Part shown: piece by piece, positions 13,077 through 26,480 of the stretch | Layout: every line of letters begins with the position of its first letter | How positions within the stretch are numbered: position 1 is the stretch's first letter | Source of the DNA: Geosiphon pyriformis uo1 | Taxonomy: Eukaryota; Fungi; Glomeromycota | DNA length: 33,355 bases | Direction: 5' to 3' | NCBI GenBank assembly: GCA_016748015.1 | Contig: JAAOMT010000588.1 | Coordinates: forward strand, 1 to 33,355 | Made by a program: the position numbers and the translations under genes | Notes under the pieces: model-generated | Told to the model about the DNA's origin: nothing | The model's database searches: none | What the model saw: only the letters and a program-made list of their open reading frames with translations

Positions 13077-14699
13077 ACTTAGTTTATATAATCAGTCTAA
13101 TGAATCCTTATATTTTTCAAAGTTTATATCAAATGGGGCTTTTAATTTTGGAAATTTGCACGAGCAAAGTATTGTATAGCCTATTACTCTAAGTATAAAT
13201 AAATAACCAAATGGATATTGAATCTTATTCATGATCAAAACATTCTGAATCTGTGAAGCCTTTTTTTAAAGAACATTTCTTGGTGCTTGTAAAAAAAATA
13301 AAAATATTGCTCATTTAACACACTTGAGTTCACTTTTTGAAGGTTAGATATTTTCATATTTTACCACAAGTTAAACAATAAAACGCTTCAAGATCTTTTT
13401 CTTTATCGTGTGATTAATCAAATGGCATTTGAAAAATCACTTCTAGAGTTTCATTATAGTTTTTCGCTATTCAAAGTGTAAAATTAGAATAAAGAAACTT
13501 GAAAGATTTAATCACGGTTAAAAAAATAGATATATTTTTATAGCTGCATATTTCATTATAATAAAGCCAATCCGGAACCATGATTGAAAGGTTAATAGGT
13601 AATTCTTTTAAAAGTTTTTTTAAATCAAAGCTTAAACATTTATTAACTATTTGAATAAAATTTTGGATAAAAAGAGCTTTTTCTTTTACTTGCAAGAAAT
13701 GATTTTTAAGCAATCAACATGCTATTCAATCAATCCTTATAATGGTTTTTATTAATCAGATTTAAAATAAGTTTACTGAAGATTTATGGTATTCAAAAAT
13801 AGCTATTTACGATGATAAGTTCAATTTCTAAAATATCTAGCATTTGAAAAGCAATAGTATTTTTAAGATTCAATTCAAGTTTATATATATAAAAAATATA
13901 TTGTCAGTTTAATATTTTAGACTAAAAATACATTCAATCATGATAGGCTTAGATTATAACAAATTATTTCACCAAAAAAAAATGGTATTTTGCTGATTTT
14001 ATGAATAAACCCAAGTTAACCTGAAATCAAGAATTTAAGTTAATTTAGGACGTGTAGTTTTAACAAAGCTTTCAAAGTTTTAGTTCAATAAATCAAGAAT
14101 ATTTTTATTTTAAAATCAACAAAAATAACCTCAATATTGTAAATTAGTAAATGGATAAAAATTAAAGAAACTAGCTTTTAAATAAGATTTTAAGACAAAA
14201 TTGAGCGTTTTATTCTGTTTTAAAAGTTTATTAGCAATTCAGAGTTTTCAAGATGGGAAATATCTTACTTGTAAATAAGAAATTAATTTAAAACACATAA
14301 GTCGCACTGCAAAACTTTCAAAAACATCCCTTCACTGATAGACTGCTTAAAAAAGATGCCATATTTATTTCAATTAAAAAATAATCTATTAAAAAACATT
14401 GTTCCCTAAGAATATTAATCGATCATTTTTTAAGTTGATATTTCTTACATAAATATATTTTATTCTTGCACGTATAATTTTTAAGGTTATTCATTACGAC
14501 TAAAAATTATTTTTGAATTAAATAATAACGAGCACAATGATAAATTTAAATGCTTATGATTTTTTCACTGCTCGAATGAAAACTTAAAATAATCTATTCA
14601 GCCATTTTTCTCCTATTATTGGCTTAATTATTGGTCTATGACCTTAATCGTTTAAATAATTTTAAATTCATTCTAATCAAGATTGATTTTTAAATCAAT

Positions 14700-14990
14700 T
14701 ATGGTTAATGGTTTTGGTAATGAAACAAAAAATTGGTTTTTTAAATAATTAAGATTAAATGTTGCACCAATTTTATGTGGTTTTGGTAATATTAAAGATT
14801 CTATTAAAATTTTACATACCAATATTATTTTTGGTGATTTATGTAATTGTAACAAGAATTGATGGAAAGTTACATAAAATGTTTATAAACTTTAACAGAT
14901 TAGGAACATCTGTAAAAAATTGTGATATATATAGAATGGATTTAGGCCAAATAGGGTTAAAGAAAATATTTTAATGGAAACTTTTAAATT
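14700..14990 (+). pseudogene. Small degenerate protein-kinase-like fragment
   Basis: APILCGF...IKILHTNIIFGDL then, after a frameshift, VIVTRIDGKLHKMFINFN. This matches the order LH..xxFGDLR..N...IDFD seen in fungal atypical kinases. Confidence 0.4.
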
Positions 14991-15871
14991 ATTTCATAGA
15001 AATTCCATTATGATAAAATATTTTAAATAAATAATAATAGTAATAATAATAATAATACAATTTTTTCAAAAACATAATGTAAGTTTAAATGAAAAACTTT
15101 TATAAAATTTTATTCACAAAAATAAATATTTACTTTAAACATAAATTGTTTGTTTATTTATATTAAAATCATCTACAAATTGTCAATGTTGCAATAAATT
15201 TCTATTTAAATGTTTAATTATCTTAACAAAGGTATATTATTGCCACGCAATATTATCTTTTGGATACAATGGATATTTTTTTCTTTCATGTCTCAGAATA
15301 TAATATATAAAAAATATTTTACCTTTAGCCATAAAAATTGAAAAGATTCTCCATTTCGAGTGCAATATTATAAAATAGATTGGATTAATTAAATATATTA
15401 AGATAACCTCCGAGTTTTGAGAACTTTTACTAGTAGATTTGTATGAGGAATTTATTTTTGTAAAATGCGAACTCAAGGTTTTGAGAGAACAGAGCAAAAA
15501 GTAATTTCAATTACACTTTTTTAAATATACGAAAAACAAGAAGAAATTTTCTGTCCAGTAAGAAACTAAACCCCCATTTAAAGGTTGTAATTTTGAATAA
15601 CGGGAAAAAGCAACTATGCATTGAAAAGTCATATTTCTAAAGCTATTTAGCTAAAAGTGTTTTATTGTTCTAGCCTGTGATAAGGCCTAAAAATCAAAAG
15701 ATCAATTTTTATCAATATAACATTTAAGTTCTAAAGTATTTTTGATGTTTAAGATAAATCAAATTATATTTATTTTGAACTCAAAATAATAGGCTATAGA
15801 ATATTCTGCCAGTGAAAATTTCTAAGAGTGTTGAGTCAATAAATATATACTCAAATTGAATAAAAGCGAAT

Positions 15872-17377
15872 TTATCTTTTTATAATTTGAAAAACTTCAT
15901 AATCCTCGAAAAAGAAATTCACCTCCTCATTTTCTGATCCAGGCATTATAGTATGCTCATAAGCTGTTGTCTTTTGACAATAGCACCCTGGACTATTTTT
16001 AAAATCATTGCTGGACACACGAAGATCGACACTAAATTGGGGTCCGGTATTTAGCCCACCATAAGGTCCATATCTGCCAACAAATTTGCTAAGTTTAGCA
16101 TCTATAGCATTGCCATCTCCAAGGGAAAAAATAAAACTTCCTTTTCCCTCCAACCAATCATTCCTAGAATGCCACGATTGTGGGTTATAGCCGCCAATTA
16201 TCTGACCAGTTCCTTTCACTTTGATTACACTAACTGTCGCTCCTTTATCATCACATAATCGATGAAAATCGGCTGGAGTGAATCCGTCTCGACTGCCTCG
16301 AAGTAACAATTTAAAATCGTTGCCAAATTGATATTCTAAAGGAGTATTTTCGTCTTTGCCTTGAATCCAATGATCAAGCTGTTTTACATTATGCCATTGA
16401 AGAAGCTTTGAATCAATATTTAATCGAGAACAACGCAATGGCTGAGCGTCTACAGACTCTTGATGACTACCCGGTACGAGATAATGATGTAAAAGATCTT
16501 CATATAAAGTTCCAGGTAAGATTCTCGCAAATGGTTTTACTTTGTGATAAAAGTCAACTGAAGATATATTAAAGAAGCGGATTAAAGGTAGAAGCCTTTC
16601 GATGGATTCCTTAAAGGCGTTAAAGTTTTCATCTGTCCAGTAAAGAACTTTTTTCGTCTGAATATTGCTATCCAATTTAGCAACTCCCCATTCTACAATC
16701 TTTTCCCATATTTCAGATTCTTCTATATTTATTTCATCCTGGGTTAAAATTGAGGAAAGAGCATTTTCACTAAGGGAAGTAAAATCTTGAGAGTTGAAGA
16801 CTATTGCTGGATTGTTAGCAGCTATTTCGGTGCAGAATTTTTGTAACTTTTTGAAAGAATCATGCATAAATGAAGTTTTCTGCAAAATGGCGAAATTTTT
16901 TTCTAGCTCTTTTGCATGATGTTTAATCAAATAGTCTTCAAGGAGATCAATAAGATTCTCTAGAATAAGTTCGTCAGCGGTAACAAGAAATTCTAAAATG
17001 GTAGACACTCCATGTTTATCAAGAGAGATCTCACCGTTATAAATATATCTGTACAGAAAAATAAAATATATGAATTTATATTGGCCAAAATACTTTGAAG
17101 CAAATAAAAACCCTTACCTAAGAATTATTTCAAAAATTTTAGGTGAAAAATTAGGTTTAGTGAAGATAATAGCATTGTTTTCCCTTTCAACTAAATTATT
17201 AGAAAGTACTATGGCAAAATATGGTGATCTTGCTGCTAAAATTTGTGAATGAGCATGAAAAATTTTGATATTGGGGGCCTTTCCAACAACAATCCTAACA
17301 TCAGAGAATTTCTGACTATCTAGTAAATTCCCGAAATCATTGGATAAAACGTGAAAGTGTTGTTGTTGAAGTGACAT
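15872..17377 (-). CDS. BTB/POZ-BACK-TLDc protein, intact, 2 exons (17377-17118, 17048-15872), 478 aa
   Basis: MSLQQQHF...FSDVRIVVG...FHAHSQILAARSPYF...FEIILR|YIYNG. GTAAG..CAG intron at 17117-17049. Exon lengths 260+1177=1437 nt, in frame. BACK and TLDc (RGSRDGF, FHRLCDDKG, IIGGYNP, EDYEVFQI) motifs present. Confidence 0.93.
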
Positions 17378-17927
17378 TGATAAAGTAAGAGAAATCTGAG
17401 TGAGATCTTTTCCCACGTATCAGTATTTATGCATATTATCAATTGTTCAATTAATTCAATATATTGTCGAGATCTTCTGCGACTTGCCGTCTTCGAAGTA
17501 TTTGAAAACCATAAAATATCTAAACAGCCGAATTATTAGTTTTTTTTGATCAAGTATAACACTTGAGGTAAATTTTCTTTATTTCTGGGCAGATTATTAC
17601 ATATTTATTGTTTATTTCATTTAATTTCATTATGAAAAAAATATTGCATCTCTAATATTATAATGATACCTTAATATAAAAGTAATCACTATTCAAATAA
17701 TTCACTCATTACATGTTATAAAATTTTTATTAATTGTCCTTCTTTGTTTTGAATACTGAGATAAGGCAGAGTATAACTTCAGAACATAATTTTATATTAA
17801 ACTTGAAATTTATTTTTATTATCATAAAAATAAGTTTGAACAGCAAATATGATAACATCATATTTGCTCATATATTAATCAAATAAATATGATAATATCC
17901 ATAAACAAATACCTGAAAATTTTGCAT

Positions 17928-18871
17928 TTATGTGGAACTTGATTCATTATTTTCCTCCCGTTTAACTGGTAGCCAAACGGTTTGAACACGAAACCAAATC
18001 AAAACTCCATAAAATTGAGTAATTAAACGAATTGTTAAAATTTTTGAGCTCATAACGAGACTTATTAGAGGAATAATATCATAAGCGAAGGTGTTCTTAT
18101 GATAAATGACCTAATTAAAAATCATCATTATGTAAGTTACGTGATTTAATCAAGGGTAAAAATTTTGAAAGTATACATCTTTGTAATCAAACCTGAATCG
18201 CGAATTGCGGGATATCTTCAATTAAAATATTGATAGTGCTACCCCAGAACATTAAATCTTCAACTCTTTTTGATAATGGGACATTAAAAATATAAAAAAA
18301 AGCATAGTTTGAATATAAAAGATTTATAGCGTCGATATTTGCGGCAGAAAGTAGCGTAAATAAGGCAGCGGACATTGCATATTGCTTAAACCATAATAAA
18401 TATTCATCGTTGATAGTAATTTCTGTGATCATAATATATACTGCAAGTCCACTATTTGAAAGAAAAGATATATCTAAAAAAATAATACTAATCATAAAAA
18501 AATATTAATAATCAATTATCTTTTGCTTTTTTTTCTTATATCTTTGCAAAATCAAAAGTTAAAAATTAATATATAAAAATCTCACATATTTCCCGTTTTT
18601 TATGACGAATATGATATCAAATATGATATCGAGTAGAATTAATGTGATAGAAACGATGGCAAAGTTTTTACTCTAGATTAATAAAAGTTAACAAAAAATT
18701 TGTTTAATTTTAAAATAAAAATAATTATTGTCATGTAATATAAGTACCTGAAAAAAAGATAGATAAATACCGTAGGGTTTTTCTTTTTTCTTATAAAATA
18801 TAGAGCAAATAATATTGCTATGATAATAGGAGTTAAAATTAGATAAATTTCATTTTCTTGCCAAATATTTG
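17928..18871 (-). pseudogene. 3' exons of a multi-pass membrane protein with an IEDIPQFAIQ (ExxPQxxxQ) motif; 5' part missing
   Basis: Four exons: 18871-18771 (NIWQENEIYLILTPIIIAILFALYFIRKKKNPT), 18672-~18586 (SKNFAIVSITLILLDIIFDIIFVIKNGKY), ~18487-18193 (..FWGSTINILIEDIPQFAIQ) and 18110-17928 (VIYHKNTFAYDIIPLISL..stop). The first exon begins at a splice acceptor with no ATG. The exon 2/3 phases do not match. Confidence 0.75.
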
Positions 18872-18914
18872 CTAAAAAAAAAAATTTTTTTTATTCATTA
18901 AAAAAAGTATTAAA

Positions 18915-19745
18915 CTATGATATATCATCTTATAGAAATCATATAATAATAAACAAAGTAAATAAAAGCATCTTAAACCAGTTTTTAAATATTCAACATT
19001 ACAATTTTTTAGTCTTTATTATATGTATTAAATCTTTTTTGATTAAGGATAACCACTTTACTGCTAATTAATTTGCTTAAACTAATTTGATAAACTCTGT
19101 TACAGCCTTTTGTTATAGTCCAATTAATTATAATTGAATTAACTTAATTTGATTAAACTTAGATACTGCAGTAATAATTATTTTTTTTAATATATTTATA
19201 AGAATATTTTGATTATTATAGCCTAATCTGATCTAATTTCTTGTTTTTTAACATTACTGTTTACAATAATTCTTTTTTTCTTAATCAATAATATGACTTT
19301 TTTCATGCTCTTCTTTGATGTAAACATATATTTAATTATCTTTCAAATTTTGAAGGAGTAGTGGTCCTTTCAAAATTATTGATTATTGAAAAAAATTTTC
19401 AAATTTTTTGAGTTTTGGTTATTGCTAATTTGTTTTTTACTGTTAATAGATTAATATATAAGGCAAAAAATTTTTTAATAACCACTTCTACTTAAATTTT
19501 AACAATTTTAAGATTAATCTATTTCTTGTTTAAAAATATATTAAAAAAAGGTAGGAGAAATTTGATCTTTTTTACTATGTTAAAGTTAAAAAAACCAAGA
19601 AAAGTATCATAAATTATGTTAATACTTATTTTATTGGCTTTAAAAATAGTTGTTGTTAAACTTAAAAAAGATTCACTATTAATATTTTCCATAACTTTGG
19701 GTATTTTCTTTTTAAATATACTATTGCTTAAACAGTTTTTAAGTT
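18915..19745 (-). mobile_element. Decayed non-LTR retrotransposon (LINE) ORF1 fragment
   Basis: Minus strand reads KKFFALYINL..NNFERTTTPSKFE..IVNSNVKKQEIRSD*AIIIK..QL*LIGL*QKAV..KWLSLIKKD..MLLFTL. This is collinear with the ORF1 of the LINE at 27.2-27.8 kb. Confidence 0.7.
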
Positions 19746-20279
19746 TACAATAAAAAAATTATTGAATTAAGAAATATTGATAAATAAATAACAAAAAAAA
19801 CAAAAAACTTTTTTTACAAAATTATGATCTTTGGGAAATTTAAAACATAGAAAAGAAAGAAGTTTTTTAATAATTTTGTAAAAAATATATAAAAGTTATT
19901 AAACTTAAATATATAAATATATTTAAAATAAAAAATTAAATAAGTCTTTAAATAAAAAATAAAATAAAATAAAAATAAATAGTTTTTTTAATTTATATAA
20001 ATAATATTATTAAATTTGTTTTTTTTATAAGTTAAATATATAAATTTTTATTTAATAAGTTTAAAATTAATATAAAGTTACATATATATATATAAAATAT
20101 TAATAAAAATATATTTAATATTGGTTTAATTTTTTCTAATTTTAAAATTTATAATTATTTTTATTTTAAAACAATAAAATAAAATTAATTTAATATTAAA
20201 ATATATAAAACAATAATTATTAATTAAAAATTTAAAATATTATTAAATAAAAATTTAAAATATTATTAATACAAACTAA

Positions 20280-22340
20280 AAATATGTTAAATTATATCTT
20301 CCTAAATTATAATAAATATGTAAAATACTATGACTAGAGTTAAAAATTTAAATATTAATTCAAAATTTCTATAATTTATTAAAAGATATATAAAAAAGCT
20401 AAAAAAATTTAAAAAAAATAAAAAAAAAGATAAATTAAAAGAGTTTAAAAAAATATAAATAAAAAACAAAACAACAAGTAGATAAAAAAAAAATATCTGA
20501 AAAAACAAAAAAAAAAGTTAAAAATAAAAAAAAACAAATAGAAAATACAAATACAAAAATTACAAGATATATTAATAAATAATAATTTTGTAACTTGTAA
20601 CTTAAATATTGGAAACAAAGTTTATGATTTTGAATAATAATTAATTTATGTATATTATACTTGTAATTTGAATATTTTTAAATATTATTTTACTTGTAGA
20701 ACTTAAGTGTTTTCCAAAAAAATTACATAATAATATTGTATATTTTAATACAAATTTATACATTAATATTAATAATTTTTTAGTTTTTAACAATTTAAAT
20801 AATTGAATTTAATAAGACTAAATTTTTATATAAAAATTTTATTCAATTATTTAATACTTTGCCAATTCATGTTAATCAATTAGTAAACTATATTAATATA
20901 TCTTTTTTTGTAAAGCTTTTCATAATTAATTACTTAAACTTAGAAAAAAAATTTTGATTTTTATATTAGTTATTTTTATTCTATTTATAATTAATAATAT
21001 TATTTTATTTTGACAATTGTCAGTTTGTACAACTTGGTAACTTTATTTATTTTAATAAAATAAATAAAAAGAATAAATTAGTATTAGTAGTCAAAAATAC
21101 TCTTTTTAAAATAAAATTTACCCAAATTAAAACCAAAATAAAGCTGATTATATGTTTTCTAGAATTATTTTGCAGTAACTTTAATTTTTAAATTAAATTT
21201 TTTTATAATATGACTAAAAAGTGTATTTTTATTTTATATACTGTTTTTGGTGTTTATTAGTTGTTGTTTTTATATTTAATATTAATTTTATACTTTGTTT
21301 TTTAAGAAAATATACAACAAAATCAAAAAACACTTTAGTAATAATAAAAAATACTAGATTTAATCTTCTTAAATATATTAAAAATATAGTAATAATAAAA
21401 AATAAAGAGAAAACTACATAAATTAATTTTGAAACTGCCAAAAAAAAAGCTTATATCTAAGTTTAATAAGCTTAATCTATTTTATTTCGAAAATATTTAA
21501 TTTTTTATTTGTTTTACTATAATAAAAAACATTATGTGTTTTTATATAATTAATAATTTTAACAAGATATTGGTTTTACTATCCATAAAATTTTATTTGT
21601 ATAATCTTAAAGTTTAATATACAGCTGTCAAAATATGTATTAATATTGTTTATATTCCTAAAATTATAATCACAAAAAATGTTTGTTTACTAAAATAATT
21701 TTTTTTGGTAAGTCACTAAAACTTGAATATTTTATAATTATTTTTTTAAAAAATTATATTAAAAAAATTGTTTAAGAGAGTAAATTTTATGGCTTAAAAA
21801 AAATTGCAAATGTATTAATATATTAAAAGTTATGTATAAGTTTGCCAAAAATTATTATAGATTTATTTAGATTTTTAAAATACCATTTTTTAAAGCTAAT
21901 TAAAAAAGTCTAAGGAAATATACAATGAAATTAAAGACATATAGTCTTAAACACTCATTGAAAAATAAAAAAACAATATAAATAATAATATGTAGTTTGC
22001 TAACTAAACTAAAAACACTTTATGAAAAAGATTTTATATATTATAATATTTATTTATTAAATATTATTTATAATTTAAATAATTCTTAAGATTATAAATA
22101 GTGTTTTTATTAATTTTAAATATAAAAATAAAATAAATAAAAAATTCAACAGCTTATTGACAAATTAAAATAATAGTATATTTGATAAAAATAATATCTA
22201 TATATTTTTTTCAAATAGTATTAATAAATAAATTATAAAAAAAACTTAATATAATGTTTTTTAATAATAATAAAAACTTTATAAGTAAATTAAAAATAAA
22301 TATTAAGAGCAGATACAACACTTTAACACTTATAGATTAT
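20280..22340 (+). pseudogene. Hypermutated Crinkler (CRN)-type gene: coiled coil + PD-(D/E)xK REase + protein kinase
   Basis: RFN (21356) ...KNKEK (21398) = RPD...KGEEK. SKFNKLNLFYFENI*FFICF follows. LYEKDFIYYNIYLLNI (22039 YYN = HRD), VFINFKY (22103 = VLIDFEH) and a terminal L*HL*I (= LQHPWI). Key motif changes are explicable by C>T/G>A. The 5' boundary is approximate. Confidence 0.75.
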
Positions 22341-25139
22341 TTTAACTATAAATAATATATTTAGTAACTTGATTTTTATTTATTAATATATATATATATA
22401 GCTTTAAAATATTATAATATTATTAATAAAAATAAAATATAAACAAATAAAACTTTTTTGTATTTTAATTAATAAATAGTTTTATTTTATTATTAAAATA
22501 TTTTGACAAAAGTAAAAAAACTGGCTAAATTTAGAATTAATAAAATATAAAATATTTAAAAAAATATGTTAGTTTTTGACTTTTTGTTTAATAAAAATAT
22601 TAATTAATATAGAGAATGGCTAAATTAATTTATCTACAATATATTATTACTAACTAAAAAATAAATGAAAATTAACATAAAATTAATTTTATAATTCTTA
22701 TTATTTACTATTATATATTAATCAAATTATATTTTATTATTATTTCATAAAATTATCAATTATTTATATTTTAATTAATAATTCAAATTATATAAATACA
22801 CAAATATAACTAAATATATAATCTAATTTTAATTTTAATTAAACTAATATAATATTATATTATTACTAATAGTTTTTTTTACTTCTTTTGTTGTTGTTAT
22901 TTTGTTAATATGTTAATAATAAAACTTTTAATAAGTTAATAAATTTTTTTTAAAGTATTTTTTATATTTTAAAACTATTTATATTGTTAAACTTATGATA
23001 TAGATTAATTTTATACCAATTATTTTTTGTAATTACTTTGTATTAAAAGTTAATTTTTTTGTAAAAATCTTTCTATTACAGACTTTTTTAATAAATATGT
23101 AATTATTTTGCTATAAAAATCAAATTTTCTACAGTATTTTTTATTATAAAGTTTTAATAATTTATAATAAATTAAAAAAATAAAAAACATAATTTTAATA
23201 ATAATTAAAAATAATTTGTTGCATAAATTCTGTTTAAAATTAAGTAAAAACTAAATAAACTATTGAAATTAGTAGTTAGTTAATTTAAAATATTAATTTT
23301 AAATGTTATAAAATTTGAGTTTAATTTTTATTATATTTTAAGTAATTTATAATATTTTATAATTAAAAAATATTTTATTGTAAACAAATTCGAATATTAT
23401 GGTCTTGTTTTTTATAAAATTTATATTTATATACTTAAATTTAAAAAAAATATTTTTAATAATTTAAAATTGAAATAAATTTTGTCAAATAGATTATTTT
23501 AATAAGTAGAACTTTATTAAAAATACTTTAAAACACTAAAAAATATTCTCAAGTTTGTTTATTAAAAAAATTTTTAATTACAAAAAATATAATTAAAATT
23601 TGAATTAATTAAGTACATATTGTTTCTTGTTAATATAATATTAAAAGTTAATAGGTTTAATTTATATTTTTAAACAATAAATTTAAACTTAAAATAATTA
23701 TTAAAATATTAACTTTAGAATTAATTATTGTAAAAATATAATTTATTAAATATTAAATAATATAAAACTAATTTATAGAAAATTTTTTTTAATAATAAGC
23801 TTATTTCGAATTTAATATTTATATAAAAGACTTGTTATTATTAAAAAAACATTAAAACAAAATATTATATTATTATTTAATAGTTTTTGTGCAAGAAAAT
23901 ACTTTTTATAAACTGTTTTTAAGATAAAAATTAAGATATATTATATAATATTTTGAAAAAAAAGATGTTATATTTATAATAAATTTGAATATATTTAATA
24001 TTTTATTGTATTTTATTTCTTTAATCATATTTTTAAAAACATATAATATTTATAATTAAACATTTTATAAATTTTTTATTAAAACTTTAAAATAGTATTT
24101 TAATTAAGCATATTAAATTTTTTACTTATAATTCATTAATATATATTCTTATTTTATAATAATAGTAATTAGTTTGATATATATATAAAATTTTATAACT
24201 TGTTTTAAAACTTATTAATAATATATCTGTGTTTTTTTATAAATAAAAACAATAGTAATATAAAATATATATTGAAATTATTTATGCTGTTATTTATAGA
24301 AATAAAAATCATATTAAATAGAAAAATAGCCAATTAAAAAGAAATATAATAAAAAAAAAAATTGATAATTTTCAAGAATCTTGTATAACACAAATTATAT
24401 ATATATAGTAAGAGTATAAAAAGCAGAAAATTCAAAACAGTTAGCAAAAACAGTAGTTAGCAATAAGCAATTATCAAATACTTTTCCCTTTAAAAAATAG
24501 TTTTTTATAACTTGAAATAGAATTATATCTATATTAATAAAAATATCTACCATTATCTAATTTATATTGTTACTGCTTAATTAAAAAAATATTAATTACT
24601 TCTATATTATTAACAATCTATGTTGATAAAATTTAATACTTAACTATATTAAACCAATAGCTTTTAATTATGGCTATTAATAAGATACTAATTTTTTATT
24701 TTCTTTTATTCCTTTTATTTTATTTTATTTTATTTTTTTATTGTTTATTAATTAATTAAAAAAATTAAGTATTAAGTAATTAATATTAAAAATAATTTGG
24801 TAAAAAACTCATAAAACAAGAATAAAAAACTTAAAAATAGCTTATTAAAAGAATATAATTGCCAGAATAAACCAATTACTATGTTAAAAAAATATTTATA
24901 GAAAAAAACTATTAATTAAATCTCTGTTTATTATACAAAGAATTCAACCAAAATTTTCAGACTTCAAAATCTTTAGAGATTACTATCATTAACAGCTATT
25001 AAGCATTAAGTTACAAATTTGTTATTTGTTTTAATACCCTAAATAATCACTTATAATATTTAGTGCTTTTTGTAAAGTATAATTTAACAAAAAATTAACA
25101 CCAATAATAATCATTCAAAAAAGTGGCAAAATCAGAAAT

Positions 25140-26480
25140 AATAAAAACAAATTATTTAGAATTTACCAAATTTTTATTTTAATAATATTAACAATAGTTA
25201 GAATTAATTAACAACTATTTTTTAGCTGAATTAGCTTTCAATTTTTATGTTAATAAAAAAATTGTATATTTTCTAAGAAAACAAACAAATTTTGAATCAA
25301 CAAGAAAAAATTTTTATAATAAATTACAATTTTGTTCTAGTCATTACCAAAATTAATTGTGAAATTGAAAGATACACTTAGCAAAAATTTCCAATGATAT
25401 TTGTAAACAAAGACAAAAACAAAATATAAACATCAGCAAATATACTTAAACCAATACAACTACTTAAATAAAAAAAACTTCGAGTTATTTTCTTATTATA
25501 TTTATCTTATCACTATATATTAAGAAGTATTATTTACATATTTTCTGAATTCATATTACTATTAACTACAAAAACACTATTATTATAAGTACTATTCTAA
25601 AATAACCAGAAAAAAACCAAATTATTAGAAACTTATAACAATTTCTTTAAAAAATTGAAATCACAACCAATAATCTTATTAGAACTTTAATTATTGTTAT
25701 TTTAACCAAATTTTGGATTTATCAGTAATTGGACAAACACCAATTTAAAAAAAAAAACAGTGATTAGAAAAATAATAATCAAAACCTAATTCTAAATAAT
25801 CTGAAAGTTAAAACTTTGATTGTTCAAACTCAACAAAACTGAACAATCTAAAACTCATTTCTATTTTTTAATAATATCTATTTTTAGTTATTTTAATTAA
25901 TTAATTACCAATAGTACTAATTGTCACTTTTCAATAACAACTTATATAAATAATATATATACCAATTACCAAACTTAAAAAATTTACCAATAAAGAAAAC
26001 AACACTTAAATATAGCTAAACAATATAAAAAAAACTATTATAGCCAATGAATAAAACAATATTAAAGCTTTTTAAGCCATTTTATACTTTTTGCAAAATA
26101 TTGTAAACTTGTAATATTAAAGTTTTATAAACAAATTCTAAGATTTTAACATGTTTAAAACTGTATTTCTACAATATTTTAGCAATTATAACAGCATTAA
26201 TTAGTTATTAACTGAATTTACTATCATCAAACAAAGCAATATTAAAACAGTTACCATATATTTAGAATGTTTTCATTAAAATTTGTGCTAAATCTAAGCA
26301 ATTAAAGCTGATTATTTTATAGTATCAAAAATTTTGAATCAATTTATTTATAAATTATACAGTAATTTTTTGTAATAAATACACTTATTGCATCCAAATA
26401 CTTTTTAAGACACAATTATATATGCCAAAAATTATGAATTAACTAAACTTAAAGCGAATTATGCTCAAGTTATTAACCAA
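25140..26480 (+). mobile_element. Hypermutated Ty3/Gypsy-like gag (retrotransposon capsid) region, truncated by the following LINE
   Basis: 25971-26480 is a single frame with no indels and 14 stops: KLKKFTNKENNT*I*LNNIKKTIIANE*NN..N L*Y*S..DFNMFKTVFLQYFS..IKQSNIKTVTIYLECF..ILNQFIYKL..LHPNTF*DTI. This fits the capsid pattern F.G...WL...W.D...WY...F..FK..FL..F...Q...E.V..Y..RF...QFIRGL...P.TL..A. Confidence 0.75.

Noticed and set aside
20302-21441. Phe/Ile/Leu-rich short ORFs (20302-20508, 21229-21441; also 1253-1441, 4015-4248, 5986-6195, 8111-8347, 13471-13713, 15237-15497)
   Set aside because: They are compositional artefacts of AT-rich DNA, or antisense to decayed genes.
25971-26480. Alternative genetic code (TAA/TAG = Gln) to explain the in-frame stops
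   Set aside because: Stops also replace expected Trp and Arg, other residues are shifted to AT-rich codons, and intact neighbouring genes end in TAA.
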